A DNA stretch of 64,000 nucleotides, from positions 18,529,223 to 18,593,222 of the forward strand of contig JARFYF010000058.1 of NCBI GenBank assembly GCA_030265395.1, read 5' to 3'. Of this stretch, positions 24,229 to 37,140 are shown piece after piece. Within the stretch, counting starts at the first letter, position 1. Each line of letters opens with the position of its first letter. The notes beneath the pieces were generated by a model. It did not search any database. It was not told where the DNA came from and saw nothing but the letters and a program-made list of their open reading frames with translations. The DNA comes from Rhina ancylostomus. Taxonomy: Eukaryota. Position numbers and translations under genes: made by a program.

Positions 24229-26189
24229 CAGAAAACCTATTAAGGTGTATGCAGGCGTGAGTTGTGAGCTGTTTCAGGCTTGAGAAGTTAGTTTTAGTAA
24301 AGTCTTTAAGCAAGTGCATTAAGACTAATGCTGTTGCAAACATGGTCTAGCATGCTAACTTTTTTTGGATGTTTGGTTCATAGTAAATGTCTATTTCCAG
24401 TTTAACACTATTTAAAAGGCCATTTAGTGTTTGACAGAATTCTAGACCTTGTTGCATGTAAATTGGATGAAATAAGTCGGATGTGAAAATGCACAATTAC
24501 TTTTAGAAGAAAAGATTACATTGTCACCTGGATATTTCTAGAAGGCTAAAAGCCAATGGTTGATTTTCTTTCCTGCAGTACCAAAAATGCAAACGCTGCT
24601 CAGAAAATATTTAAATCAGTTTTGCCTTGTTCAACATCAAGGGAAGTTGGTTTCTAAGTGAAGCTAACTGTTGTAACTGCAGACACACATTCTCCCACAG
24701 TCAAAAGTAAAGACACAAAAAATTCCTTTCAGAATGCAGTTATTAGAAATCAGTTTAATTCTGATATTAATATACATTGCTTCTTGTGTGCCTTTCTTCA
24801 ACAAACATATGTAACTATTCATGCAGAAAAAAAATCCATACAACCAGTTGTCAGCAGAATACTTGTCTTATTTTAGCCTAAGATATAATTTTAATGATAA
24901 GATATTAAATATACACACATTACAATTTGCAACATGATGCATCTAGCTCTATTACATTTCCAACCAATGTGAGTTCTGTGTACAAATTACCCACATTCAG
25001 TTAACAGTAGCAATTAGGAGAAGATTAAAACTAGATTGATTTTCAGTCAATGGAAAATTCACATATCAGCTATTCACTTAGCAAGAGTATTGCAGTCAAG
25101 TGAGCTTAAGACATACTGTTACATTAGATTTTCTTCTGTATGTAATAATATATTCAGATGTCCATGACCATTATACTTATTATTCATGGGGTTTAAATCA
25201 AAGCACTATTTGGCCCAAAACCAACTACATCAGTGAAACACAATATTAAGCAAAATCCTACCAAATAGTATATTACAGCTAACTCTGAAATATTGGCTTA
25301 GTATCACTTGTCCCAATTTAGGAACTAGCTCATTGTCTGCACACCATTGGATATGCATCTGAAAATGTTTGAAGACTGATTTCTAACCCTTCTGGGTAGA
25401 GATTTTCTTTCCTGACAGTATGTATGACATTTATAGCCCAAAAATCATGCCACACTAGCTCCAAAAAGATGTTCATTTGAAAATTTTCCCCTGCATTGTT
25501 TAATTGACAGTGCTGAATCATTTAATTTAAATGTAATAATTTTTCACTGAAATATCGGAGTGGACTTTGCGATATACACTTTAAATATCTATGCAGTAGT
25601 GGTTCTTGCAGAATGGGGCTCAGAGATTGTGCATGTTTATCTATGAAACCATTAACCAAAATAAAATCTTGTTTGATATTGATGGCAATTGCCAAAACAG
25701 AAATGATTGTACTCCAGTTGAATGGTCAGAAATTATGGGTCAAATTAAAGTTGGGGAATAAGGATAAAGGAGTAAAAGGAGCTCTTACTAAATGTGGAGC
25801 AAGTGACTGTATGGAAGATACAGAGTTAATTTCCTCATCTGTTGCTTCAAGTAAAGGGAAAGTATATTTGTGCACTCAACAGATCTGACCTTTGGTTTGC
25901 ACCAAAATGCCAAATGATATACTAAAATTTGGGAAAAGTGGAATATATTGAAAAAATATTTCTTAGAGGAGTTTACACCAAAATTCATGAATTGTAGCCT
26001 AACTGTCCATTCTGTTCTGAAATAAAGAAAAGCCATCTCCATCTACACAGGAGAATTAGTGATGAATCTGCCTCTGTCACCAGCATCCTGAGAGCAATTA
26101 ATGAAAAGCTTGTCAATCAGTATTTGTTAAGGCTGTGACAGAATGCTAAGTGATCACATGATAAAGGGACTATGTAATCCAATATTCAA

Positions 26190-26275
26190 TAGACTTTAAA
26201 AGAACTTAATTGGATGTGAAACATTTTGGAATGTCCTGAGACTGTGAAGAGGATGTCATAAATGTAACATAACTC
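26190..26275 (+). mobile_element. Old SINE 3' tail (Deu-domain, SacSINE1-like)
   Basis: aaaagaacttaattggatgtgaaacattttggaatgtcctgagactgtgaagagg..ataaatgtaac, similar to 52725-52825. Confidence 0.45.
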
Positions 26276-28256
26276 CTTATTTCCCTCTTTTGCTCTCTCT
26301 TTTGCTTTCCTAGTTGTCACCTTTTATTTTTGTCTCTCTTTCTATTTACCCTCTGTCTCTCTTTTTACTTCACTAGACTCAGGACCGTACCAGAACTCTA
26401 TAGTGCTCATCCATCACTTTTATTGGTGCGCACAGACTACCCAAAAAATTCAACCCAAAATAACTGAAAAAATATCTGCCCATTAATTCCACAGTGAAAA
26501 AGTCCTTTAGCAGTGGGGAAAAACAACAAAAAGTCTGTGAAAGTAATTTGTAAAATTTTCTAAAAGATGATGCCACCTGTCAGACATGTGGGTGTAACCA
26601 CTGAAGTTTTCATTGACTTCATCTTCCTGTGGATGAGATTCCTTATGATTGAGTTTTGCACAACATGTTAAAACAAGTTAAATCTATATTTCTAATGGAC
26701 AACAAGATCTTCAAGAAAGAAGAGAGGAAATTGTTCTCTTCTGATAAAGTTCCTCCCTTGTCCATTGGTCAAAGAATGACAAGTTACAATGATAGCTCTT
26801 ATCCTTAGCAATGAACTTTTTCAGTCCACCAAGAAAGTATTTAAAGAGTGTGGTGTTTTCATCCATTTTTAGTGCACTTTTCTTGGTTGGAGCATGCCTT
26901 GTTGAAGCATGCATTGAAACAATGGAGGAGAGAATTGGAATGTATTTGCAAGATTGTTGATGAATCAATTGTTAATAATAGACATGAATGCACAATGAGT
27001 AACATGCTCAAGTGTGGCTCATCCAGCTGTGGGATATATACGTATGTTTAAGCGTTGATAAGAGTAGAAACTACAAATGGTTTGCATCACTGATTAGGTC
27101 CTGTAGAATATTGCAGGTCAGGAGAGGGAAAAACATTCTCCTTTTAGGTGGAAGGAAATTCCCTGAATAACATAAGGTCTGGAAGTCATGGGAAGCACCA
27201 GCCTTGAGCGCAGCAGCCCTAATATTTATGGGGAAACAGGAAGGGAGAACAAGGACTGTGATGGTGGTAGAGAAACTCAGAAATTCCAGGGAAGCAGAGG
27301 TTTAGTCCAATTTAGTGACAGGCCATCATAATAATGTTTTAAAACTCAGTTTCTAACAGGGCAGCTGGCCAAATTGACAGGCTGGCCACCTGCCAGGTGG
27401 GAAAGCCAGCAACAGGATGCTACATTTCCTCCAGACAGATGCTGGCTTGAACGCTCCTTTCCATTCAGGTGCTTTGCCAGACTGGAAATCTGACAGATTC
27501 ATTCCTGCTAAGATCATGTTGACTGAATCTAACGATTGGTATGAATGTAAATGTGAGGATTGGAATTAATTTGGAATCATGCCACTGGGAAACATCAGAG
27601 CCTATTGTACAGTGGGAGCCTTGCAATTACAGGAGACTGAAGCTTGCTTGAGATCGGTGGAGTGGGTTAGACAGTTGGAGAGCTGAGCAGAAACCGTGAT
27701 CAATAGAAGGTTTGCTTGAGAGGTCAAAGGAAACATTCCTGGTCCTTCNNNNNNNNNNNNNNNNNNNNNNNNNNNNNNNNNNNNNNNNNNNNNNNNNNNN
27801 NNNNNNNNNNNNNNNNNNNNNNNNNNNNNNNNNNNNNNNNNNNNNNNNTCTGGTTCACATATATTCCCCACCCCTGTTCCCTGCTAGCTGTTCCCATCCT
27901 GCTTTAGTTCTCAGATTTACTAAGCCCTGGAAAACTGACCCCCTCCCCCCACCAAAATATTACTTTTATCTCAAGCTGCCAAATACATTGTAAAGCTTGC
28001 ATAATGTCCTAATTTGTGATATGGAAATCTGTGTAATAGGGAAGATTTTGTAATCAGTGGCAGTCATGAGTAAGTTAAGTCAATTGGCCTAGTTTCACCC
28101 AATCGATTGTTCTCAAGGTTTCCCAGCTGAGCTATCTCACTCATTCAGTTGTTTATTCATTTATGGGATGAGAATATCATGGATAGGGACAGTATTTATT
28201 TCCCATCCCTAGTAGCTCTTAAGATATTAACTTTTTGAATTGCTGCATTCATATGG

Positions 28257-28590
28257 AGACACAAGAGACTGCAAATGCTTGAAGCTGGAGTTAAAAAACA
28301 AATGACTAGAGAAACTCAGCAGATCGGGCTGCATCTGTGGAGCCAAAGGGTTGGTTGACAATTTGGGTCAAGAGCCTGCATCAAAACTTCATATTTGCAT
28401 CCATGGGAACTATCCATGGGAGCCAGAATCACAGAGACATACTGCATAGAAACAGGCCATTTGACCCACCCTGTCTGTGCCAACCATCAAGTATTCTTGA
28501 TGCAGGGTCTTGACCCAAAATGTCGACCATCCCTCTGCCTTCACAGATGCCACCTGACCTGCTGAGCTCCTCCAGCATTTTGTTTTCTGT
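28257..28590. mobile_element. Composite insertion: Penelope-derived element (-, ~28257-28385), ~110 bp filler, then element (+, 28497-28590), inserted in an older LINE tail
   Basis: Inverted copies with cores TTGATGCAGG(C/G)TCTTGACCCAAA. The host antisense tail (28140-28256) appears to resume at ggtgaatgta after 28590, with tgg at both junctions. Confidence 0.75.
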
Positions 28591-28844
28591 TGGTGAATGT
28601 ATTGCCGTTGCTTCTTGTGAACATTTTGCCCCAACAAAAAAAAGATTATTTTGGAGATTCTATGGGTTCACCAAAAAGATTGGCTGAAGCAAAGATTTTG
28701 AATTTCTAGATATTTGAGCACCAAGAGACCTATCGTCACAGAATGCATGTCAATGCTTATGTTGTTATTGTGTGCGGTTGACTTCAGTGGGGAAGACCAT
28801 GTCAAAGTGGTGGAAGCAGTGGTGCTACAGAGGGTGGCAGTGGA

Positions 28845-29895
28845 AGCTGTTATTCTGGCTGAAGGTCCATGACCATTGGTGTTCTGCAGGGATCAGCACT
28901 GGGACCTCTGTTCTTTATGATATATATAAGTGACTTGAACAAAAATGTAAATTTGCAGATGACACAAGGATTGGTAGAGATGTGGACAGTGAAGACGGCT
29001 GTCAAAGGATATGGGCGGAGAAGTGGCAGATGGAGTTTAATCTGAGCAAGTGTGAGGGAGTCACTTTGACAGTCAGTCACTTTGGGAGGTCAAATGTAAG
29101 TGGAAAGTGTACAGTTAATGGCAGGACCCTTAACAGCATTAATGTACAGAGGGATTTTGGGGTCCAAGTCCGTAGCTCCCTGAAAATGGCCAGACAAGTA
29201 GATAGGGTGGTAAATAAGGCATATGGCATGCTTGCCTTCATTGGTCGGGACATTGAGTATAAGGGTAAGGAAGTCATGTTGCAGCTATATAAAACTTAGA
29301 TTAGGCCACACTTGAGATATTGTGTGCAATTCTGGTCGTCCCATTACAGGAAGGATTTGGAAGCTTTGGAAAGGGTACAGAAAAAGTTTTCCAGGATGCT
29401 GCTGGGTTAGAGGTTATGAGCTATAGGAGAGGTTGGACCCCAAGATCCCTCTGTACATTAATGTTGTTAAAGGTCTTGCCATTAACTGAGATTGGGTTGT
29501 TTTCTCTGGCACATTGGAGGCTGAAGAAGTTTATGACATTATGAGAGGCATAGATAGGGTAGACAGTCAGAATCTTTATTCCAGAATAGAAATGTCAAAT
29601 ACTAGAGGACATGCATTTAAGGTGAGAAAGGGAAAGTTTATGAGACATGTATGGGGTAAGTTTTTTTTTACAGAGTGGTAGGTGTATAGAATATGTTGCC
29701 AGGGATAGTGGTGGAAGCAGATACGGTAGTGGCATTTGAGAGGATTTTAGATAGACACATAAATATTACAGGGAATAGATGATATAGAACATGTGCAGCC
29801 AGAAGAGATTTAGTTTAATTTGTCATTGTGTTTGGCACAGAAAGTGCGGGCTGAAGCACCTATTCCTGTGCTGTACTGTTCTATGTTCCATGTTC
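28845..29895 (+). mobile_element. 5'-truncated CR1 LINE (~1 kb, RT to tail)
   Basis: GVLQGSALGPLFF..IYISDL, FADDT, WAEKWQMEFNLSKCE, KAYGMLAFIGRDIEYKGKEVMLQLYKT; tail gtgctgtactgttctatgttccatgttc. Contains stops and frameshifts. Confidence 0.92.
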
Positions 29896-31763
29896 GAATG
29901 TCGCTCGTGAAATGGAGGATACTCTCTGGGCTTGAATCTGAGATCCAATCACATGTATTTCCTGACAACACAATAGACGAGTGCTGGGTATTGTTCCAAA
30001 TGTCATCACAAAGTTTGACAGTCATCTGGTTGGAAATGACATGAGTTAGTTCTGTCCAACTTCTATTGAGCCATTGAGTAAAGGGGACCATTAATGCCCA
30101 GCCTCCCGTAAAGGCATGTAGGCCTATTGGCAGTTGCCATGTAGATGTTTTCAGCTGGGGATGCATACATGACTTGTCAAAGTTCCAAATTTACTGGCCG
30201 AGCTTTGCCAGCAAATTCCCAACTGTGTTCCCCTGCTGGACTCCCTTTGTAGTCTAATGATGGACCAGGAGCTTGTTGAGATATCCTTGCTTTTTGGATC
30301 CTGCTCATAAACTGCTAAGTTGCTTCGGATTGTCAGAAAGATGCCATTATTATATCACAGGGATATTGTGGTCCCACTGATAAATAATAATTGCATTTTA
30401 CCAGTGATTATCCATTCATAAAAACATATCTCCAGTTGAATGCCTTCATGGACAGTAATAGGAGTAAACTGCTTATGTATGTGTGAGAATGAAAGGGAGA
30501 TAATGTATCACTTCCTTTCAGCAAACTGATTTAGCAACTGTGAGGTACATAGATTAATGACATGAGCAAGCTCTCCTGGTACACAGATGGATAGAGCCAA
30601 GGCTTAAGTATGTATTCTGCCTGCGGCATGTAATATCTGACCACTGTGCTATAGTACTTGAGGGCAGAGCTGATATTTTACACCAAAAATCTAACAGTCA
30701 TTACAGATGTTGTTGTGCAAGAGGTCTATCTTTAGCATTTGTTTTTGCAAACATTTTTAATAATTGTAGTGGATGACATAATGTATTTATCATTGCGATT
30801 AGTTTCTGATGTATGCCATATGGAGCACACGTGCCATGATGAGACTTCAGGTCACCACTGAATGATGTGAGTGAAATTGTTCCAATTTCTTTTTCACAGA
30901 GATATTACATTAGCACAGCCATATTTCAATAATTTAATCTATCATCAACTAGCATACCAATAGAAGTGTAAGCAGGTTGTGACACCACTATTAATTGAAA
31001 TTCATGTGCTAACAATTTGACCAATAAAACTTTGACCAATAAACACTTGCACATAAAGCTTTGAGCTTGTGGATGCAAAGCCATTCAGTAAATTAAATCC
31101 TGGGCAGACTGGACTCATTCTACCTACTGCTCTGAACTGAGCTCAGGTTCTATTTGTGGCAAGTTTCTGACAGGACTCCAACATTCCAGGTTAGCAGAGA
31201 TAACAAAGGGAGCACAGGATCTCAAAAGATGCAACAAGTTTTCCAATAAAACTCCCAGCTGAGACTGAGGCTCAAGGGAAAACCTGGAGAGAAACAAAAA
31301 TGAAGAGGTCACTGTTGGGTCTAGACTCTTCATTTGATGCATGTGCTTCAACTCCCATCACCACCTTGGACCAACTCCAGCCAATGTCAGATTTTACACC
31401 ATTGAACTATGAAGCTGAGGGAACAGGAAAGTGGGTCAAGGATGAGGTCTGAGACTGGGGCATGACAGGAATTCTCTGTTTCTCAGTTGAATCCCCTTTT
31501 CCAGCAAGGTTAGCAGAAAAAATTCCTCCCCCAGGTGCAGTAAAAAAGAGCTTAGACAATTTATCTTCTGTTTCTCTGGCAATGCTTCTGACTAGCTAAA
31601 GAGTAACACTAAAGATCAGGCTGGTGAAGTGAAACTCTATTGTAGCATGTCATCCAAAATGTAGATCTGAAATTAGAGTATAAATATACACCTGGAATTT
31701 TTACAGGTAAACAACTGGTAGAAATTACAGAGGAATGAGGTAAAGAGCTATAATTTACTGTTG

Positions 31764-31901
31764 AAGAAAAAAAACAAACTGCTGGAGGAACTCAGCAGGT
31801 CAGGCAGCATCTGTGGAGGGAAATGGACAGTTAACTTTACATCTGATCTGATAAGTTCTTTTTTGCTCCAGCTTCCAGCATCTGTAGTCTTTTGTGTTTC
31901 C
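31764..31901. mobile_element. Internally deleted head-to-head pair of the Penelope-derived element
   Basis: Minus arm aaacaaactgctggaggaactcagcaggtcaggcagcatctgtggaggg joined to the plus-strand end ttgctccagcttccagcatctgtagtc. Confidence 0.75.
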
Positions 31902-32299
31902 TTGCTGTTGAAGATGTTTCTCCTAGTTCTTGTTCAATCTGTGGTGCAAGTTATGCTGGTGGGAGGGGAGAACCCAGTGGCTTCAGCAAGTTCAACTAAA
32001 GGTACAGAGTCAATGGACAAGCAGAAGAATATATGACAATAAAGGTTTGCTCATGAATTATCAAATCAACTCACAATTTGTAAAAGTGATTGTGTTTCCC
32101 TACACAATAAATCAATGAAAAAAAAAGCATGATAAAGTCAGAAAGTCAAAAGCATTCGACCAATAAGATTTGAAAGATCAAGTCTGGCAAAGTCTTCAGC
32201 TTTACAAACCCAAATGAGCCATGGAACAATTCACCCTCGTTTCAGTTTGCAAAGTAGAAATGAACCAATAATGAAAGCGACAAAAAGCAAGACATTTTA

Positions 32300-32525
32300 A
32301 TAATAACAGGAAATGCTGGAAATACTCAGCAGATCAAATGGCATACTTTGAAGGGAGAATGTTAACAATTTGGGTCAAATGACCTCCTTCATTGGAACCA
32401 ATGAAATGTCATTGACCTGAAATGCTAACTCTGTTTCTCTCCCCAGAGACTGCTGCTTTATCTGCTGAGTATTTCCTACATTTTCTGTTTTACTTCAGAT
32501 TTCCGTCATCTGCAGTTTATTTTAT
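32300..32525. mobile_element. Palindromic pair of the Penelope-derived element (older subfamily)
   Basis: Arms gaaatgctggaaatactcagcag.. and ..ctgctgagtatttcc..cattttctg are reverse complements. Centre ttcattggaaccaatgaaatgtcattgacctgaaatgctaact. Confidence 0.75.
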
Positions 32526-32900
32526 TTCATATATGTTTCAATATTTATGCATCTATCATCACATGCAGAGCCCTGAGTATTTTTTTAATACTCCCCTTGA
32601 AATTTGGAAAAAGTAGCATTCCTCTGAAAACTAAGATGAACTCATTCATACTGACAGTAATATAGTTTATTGTTTATCAATTGATTATTGAACAGTAGGG
32701 TACTTCTCTTGCCAGAGTATGTTTGAAAAATAATTTGGACAAAAGAAGAACAAAAGTTTAAATATTTTTAAATTCCTTGATTATCTTTAGGGATCAGAAT
32801 ATTTTCAAAATTCTTTCTTTCTGGAGATTAAATATGGTTTACATGTGATATCTTACATATGATTTTCAATGGACAATTGATCTTTTCCACACGTTAGTTA

Positions 32901-32990
32901 TAGAGTCATAGCGTAGTATAGCACAGAAACAGCCCCTTCAGCCTTATCAAATTCAGGCTGACTATCAAATACCCATCAAAACTAAGTTCT
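32901..32990 (-). mobile_element. Isolated CR1 3' tail
   Basis: tagagtcatag..tagcacagaaacagccccttcagcc..gctgactatcaaataccc. Confidence 0.6.
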
Positions 32991-33949
32991 ATTATTTTAT
33001 TGTTTCTAAATATTTTGCGCATTTATCACAACATATTCTGTCAGAATTACTTATTAGGTGCTTTTTCTGTATGAAATTCTGTATTATTGGTTGCCTTGCG
33101 TTCTTCACAAATCTTGTGAAATATTTTGCAAGATCCTTCAACATTCAATAGCCATTTTTGTAGAGGAGAGTTTATATTTTTATAATACAAACCTTCATAG
33201 GACTTTTAAAACAGACCATCTGCAGCATACTGAAAATATTTAAAAGAACTCATGCATGTTGTTGCAATAACATGCCAAGTTTGTTAAAGCAACTGTGTAT
33301 TTAGGTATCACCACAATATGTAATTTAAACAAGGCAGCAGATTTCAAATGTGAAATATATTAATGAAAATGATTCAAACCAGAAATAAAAAGGGTAATGC
33401 AAGCCATTGGAGATTTGTATATAAAATACCAAGAATTCTGATTTATCAGGAGCAAAGAACACTCATTAACTTTTGGTTACATTTCCAAATCCCACAAAAT
33501 GAATCACTCAAGGACCACACTCACAAACACAGTGTTAGGTACGTACCTTCTCATGTTTATTTTTTTACTGGCAACAACATACTTGAACATAAAATACTGA
33601 TAAAATCCAAAAAGCATCAAATTGTGGTGACAGTATTTGTTTACAAGTAAAAACCAAACATTTAACCTGTGGGGAAAAATATTGGGGTAATGCTAATTTT
33701 TGTCAGCCTGAGATGAAATTTTTGTACAAAAGGACTAGAAATAGCTGGTTGAAGGTAAAGCAATGTAAGAGTAAAGGGAGACAGTCAAATGTTCATAATG
33801 AAAGTTCAGACCAAAAACATGCCCAATGAAAGAAAATGGGAATTCACATATCTAGGCACATGTGGTTGTTGATTAAACACAGGGTAAGATAAGGCAAAAA
33901 GGTTAATTATGACAAATACCAATGATTCAGCGTTACAGAAAGCTGAAAC

Positions 33950-35105
33950 AAAAATTATACAATTGAACTTCCAGGCATCTGCAGTGCAAAGAAATAGAGG
34001 GATCTTGGAGAAAATGTCCACAGATCCCTGATATGTAGGTAAAATGGCTATGAAAGCATACAGGATGTTGGAATAAAAACAGAAATGTTAGACAGCCTAA
34101 GTGAAAATCAAACAAAAGCCCATGTAGATATTAGAAATCTGAAGTAAACACAGATGATTCTGGAAACACTCAGCAGGTCAGGCAGCACCTGTGGGAAAAG
34201 AAACAGTTAATGTTTCAGGTCCAGGATCCTCCAGTGTGGGAAATAGGTAAAATGAAATGAAGGGCTCTGTTAACAATGGTAGAGGAGAAGTCACAGTTAA
34301 GGACTAAGGAAGATATCGTAGAAGCACCTGTTGAAAATCCAGTCACCAGAGCAAACTCAACAAAGACAGATAATGGAATGGAGTTATTACAGGAGGCAGG
34401 ATGGGAGGAAGGATAGTTGAGATAGCTGTGAGAGCCTGTGAACTTGTAATGGATATTGGTTGCTAGCCTTTCTCCAAAAATAGAAGCAAAGAAATCCAGA
34501 AACAGGAGGAAAGAATCAGAAATGGATTATGTAAAAGCGAGAGCGGGGTGGAAATTGGCCTCTATTGGCAGAGACATCAGATATAAGGACAGGTTAATTA
34601 TGCTTGAACCGTGTACGGCACTTTCCTGGCCACAGCTGGAGGATTCTACATCTTTGTTCACCATATGACCTGAAGAATGTTGTAGCATCAGAAAGGATGT
34701 CAAGGAGATTCACAGGGTGTTACTGCCTGATCTAGAGAACCATTGTTTTGTGGTGAGACTGACTAGTTGGATTGTTTTCTTTGTAATTGGAATATTGTGA
34801 GAAAGATTGAAAAGTACAAAATTCTGAGCAATCTCAGCAGGGTGAACAGGAAGGACCAATTTTCCCTTGGAAGTGATGTCACTAACTAGGCGACATAGAA
34901 TTAAATTAATTGGCAGATGGACCTGTGGGGAGTTGAGGAACAAATATTTCGCTCACTGCCTTAAAGGATAGTGAAGGCAGAAACCTTCATTTAAAAAATA
35001 AACACCTTGTGTCTTATAGTACTGCAGACCAAGTGCTGGGATGTGGGAGTAATAATCTTGGCTGGCATGGTCACAATGGGCTGAAAAGCCTCCTGCTGTT
35101 CCATA
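33950..35105 (+). mobile_element. Old CR1 LINE fragment split by a Penelope insertion
   Basis: KAYRML ends at 34071 and LASIGRDIRYKDRLIMLEPCTALSWPQLE resumes at 34555. Tail caatgggctgaaaagcctcctgctgtt near 35075-35100. Confidence 0.75.
34072..34558 (-). mobile_element. Penelope-like element fragment: RT C-terminal pseudogene piece (~34360-34556) plus terminal repeat with hammerhead remnant (~34110-34235)
   Basis: Manual minus-strand translation NFHPALAFT*SISDSFLLFLDFFASIFGERLATNIHYKFTGSHSYLNYPSSHPASCNNSIPLS matches the Penelope RT signature (..FT.....LPFLD......L.T..Y.KPT....YL...S.HP...K.SI). It is followed by ggacctgaaacattaactg..tgctgcctgacctgctgag. Confidence 0.85.
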
Positions 35106-35479
35106 AATTTCTACAATTCAGTGATTTTCTTCCCAGGATTGTTGACATTTGTTTCCAATCCAGCTGTTTAATAGCTGGAAGTAGATCTAATGCTTCAAGT
35201 TTCCCAGTCTGTATCGAAGTAATTTCTTTATCCAGCATTTGAGAATATAGGTTGGAGTTGTGTCAGCCAAACTGGTTTCACTGACAACAGGCTGCCAGAG
35301 ATTCTGGGTCACTGGTGTCCTTTCAATATAAGTCCTAGTCACAGCAGTTAAAATGAGAAGTTGGATAAGCTTTTGTGTGCTGATTATCAAAGTTTCAGAA
35401 TCCTTTTGGGGACCAGGGATTGAATTTTCATCTTAGTACCATGGATACTGTTTGAGCCATTAGTCAGCCAACAAAAAAG

Positions 35480-35790
35480 TATAAGAAACAGGAGCAAGGG
35501 TAAGGCCATTTGGTGATTCATGCCTGCTCCACCATTCATCAAGACTTTGGCTGATCTATAACCTCAACATGATTTTCTGCATTTTCTCCACGTCTATTGA
35601 TTCCCTGAATACCCAGAAATCTATCGATCTCTGTTTTGAATTATCCCAATGACTGCCTCCACCACCCTCTTGCACGGATAAATTTCTCCTCATTTCAGTC
35701 CTAAATGGCATCCTCCTTATTCTGAGAATGTGACCCCTTGCTCTACGGAAGGGAAACATCCTTGCTGTATGTGGCCTGTCAAATGTCTCA
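35480..35790 (-). mobile_element. CR1 LINE 3' end
   Basis: Tail ataagaaacaggagcaagggtaaggccatt; translation RMFPFRRARGHILRIRRMPFRTEMRRN. Confidence 0.8.
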
Positions 35791-37140
35791 TACACTGTAT
35801 AAAATATATTCCAACCCAGAAAAAATTGAAGATAGATCCCTTAACATTGTTTTGATGGCATCTACTAATTCGAGGAAAAATTCAAACCTTTTTCCACTGT
35901 GTTAGGTAAGAGAACTGTTGTCAATTACTAAATGGCACTGTCTAATAAACTGATGAATAAATGTTTTAAACAGAAAATAAAGATACCTATAAGATGAGTA
36001 ACATTAGAACATTTAAATTCAATGCAATTATTTTAATTGGGCCTATATGTTAATTGTTTATTGATATTTTTACAGCCCATCAGTCTTTATCTTGCCTAAT
36101 TTTCTAAATTTATCCACTTGTATATTATTAGCAAATAGAATAACTAAGATGATAGAAGTTAGAAATTTGGAATTATTAGATATTTTTGCTACCAACTTTT
36201 CTGGTTGTTTGTCTCATCTTATAATTACACTTTTAATAACTCATTTAGTCTAAATTAGCAATTCATTATTGGCCATTGTTCTTCAAAGGGATAGCAGAGA
36301 GATTATGATATTCTGGATTTGGGCTGTTATTTGAGCTTTTTTATTAATATCAATAACAAAATAATGATAAATTGTACTTTAGCAAGAATATATTTTGAAA
36401 CTTTAAATTGACAGTTATACAATGACATTTTTACACATGGAAAAGTTCCCACTATTTTTTTATTATTCAAGAAGATGTAGGCTCTTCAATAAACTTTAAT
36501 CATTTATCATCTTTTCTTCTAGTCAGCTTATTGCTATTTCTATTCAATTTAATTTTAAGAACTGAGAAGAATTAGCCTTTAGCATGTTCCTAAAAGATCA
36601 GCTAATTTATTCATTTCTCTGGCCAAACTGAGTTACCCGGTAATTTAAAAAAAGCACACTGGCTCACTAGGGTATTGTTTGTGCTCTTGCTAAATACAAT
36701 GAGATAATATAACTGTAATATATTCAATTAGAAGAGTCAAGTGCAACAAAAATGTTAAAGTGCAAATGGAAAAAATAATAAAGAGAACTAAAGACCACTT
36801 TGTTTTACTTGATTATTAGATATTCATATCTTTGATCAATTGGAAGTATCATTGCCTGATACAAAAGATTGATATAATAAGAATTAATTGTGTGTGAATG
36901 GCATGCTTTAGATTATAGACCAGATTAAACACAATCTGTGCTGTGGGAAAGTATAAATGGTTTGAAGGAATTGCATACACTTAGAAAATGAATGAGACAC
37001 ATTGCCCATCTTGAATACTTTTACAAACAACACCCTCCAGACGTGTGACATCTATCATCTGAATGAACAGAGGGAGTGCTACCATCTGCAGGTTGGCATC
37101 AATTCATTGTACTGTTATCATTTTGTAATATTTTGTTGTC

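Noticed and set aside
28982-29299. CR1 ORF2 peptides as functional genes (also 58406-58925)
   Set aside because: 5'-truncated with stops and frameshifts; decayed retrotransposon copies.
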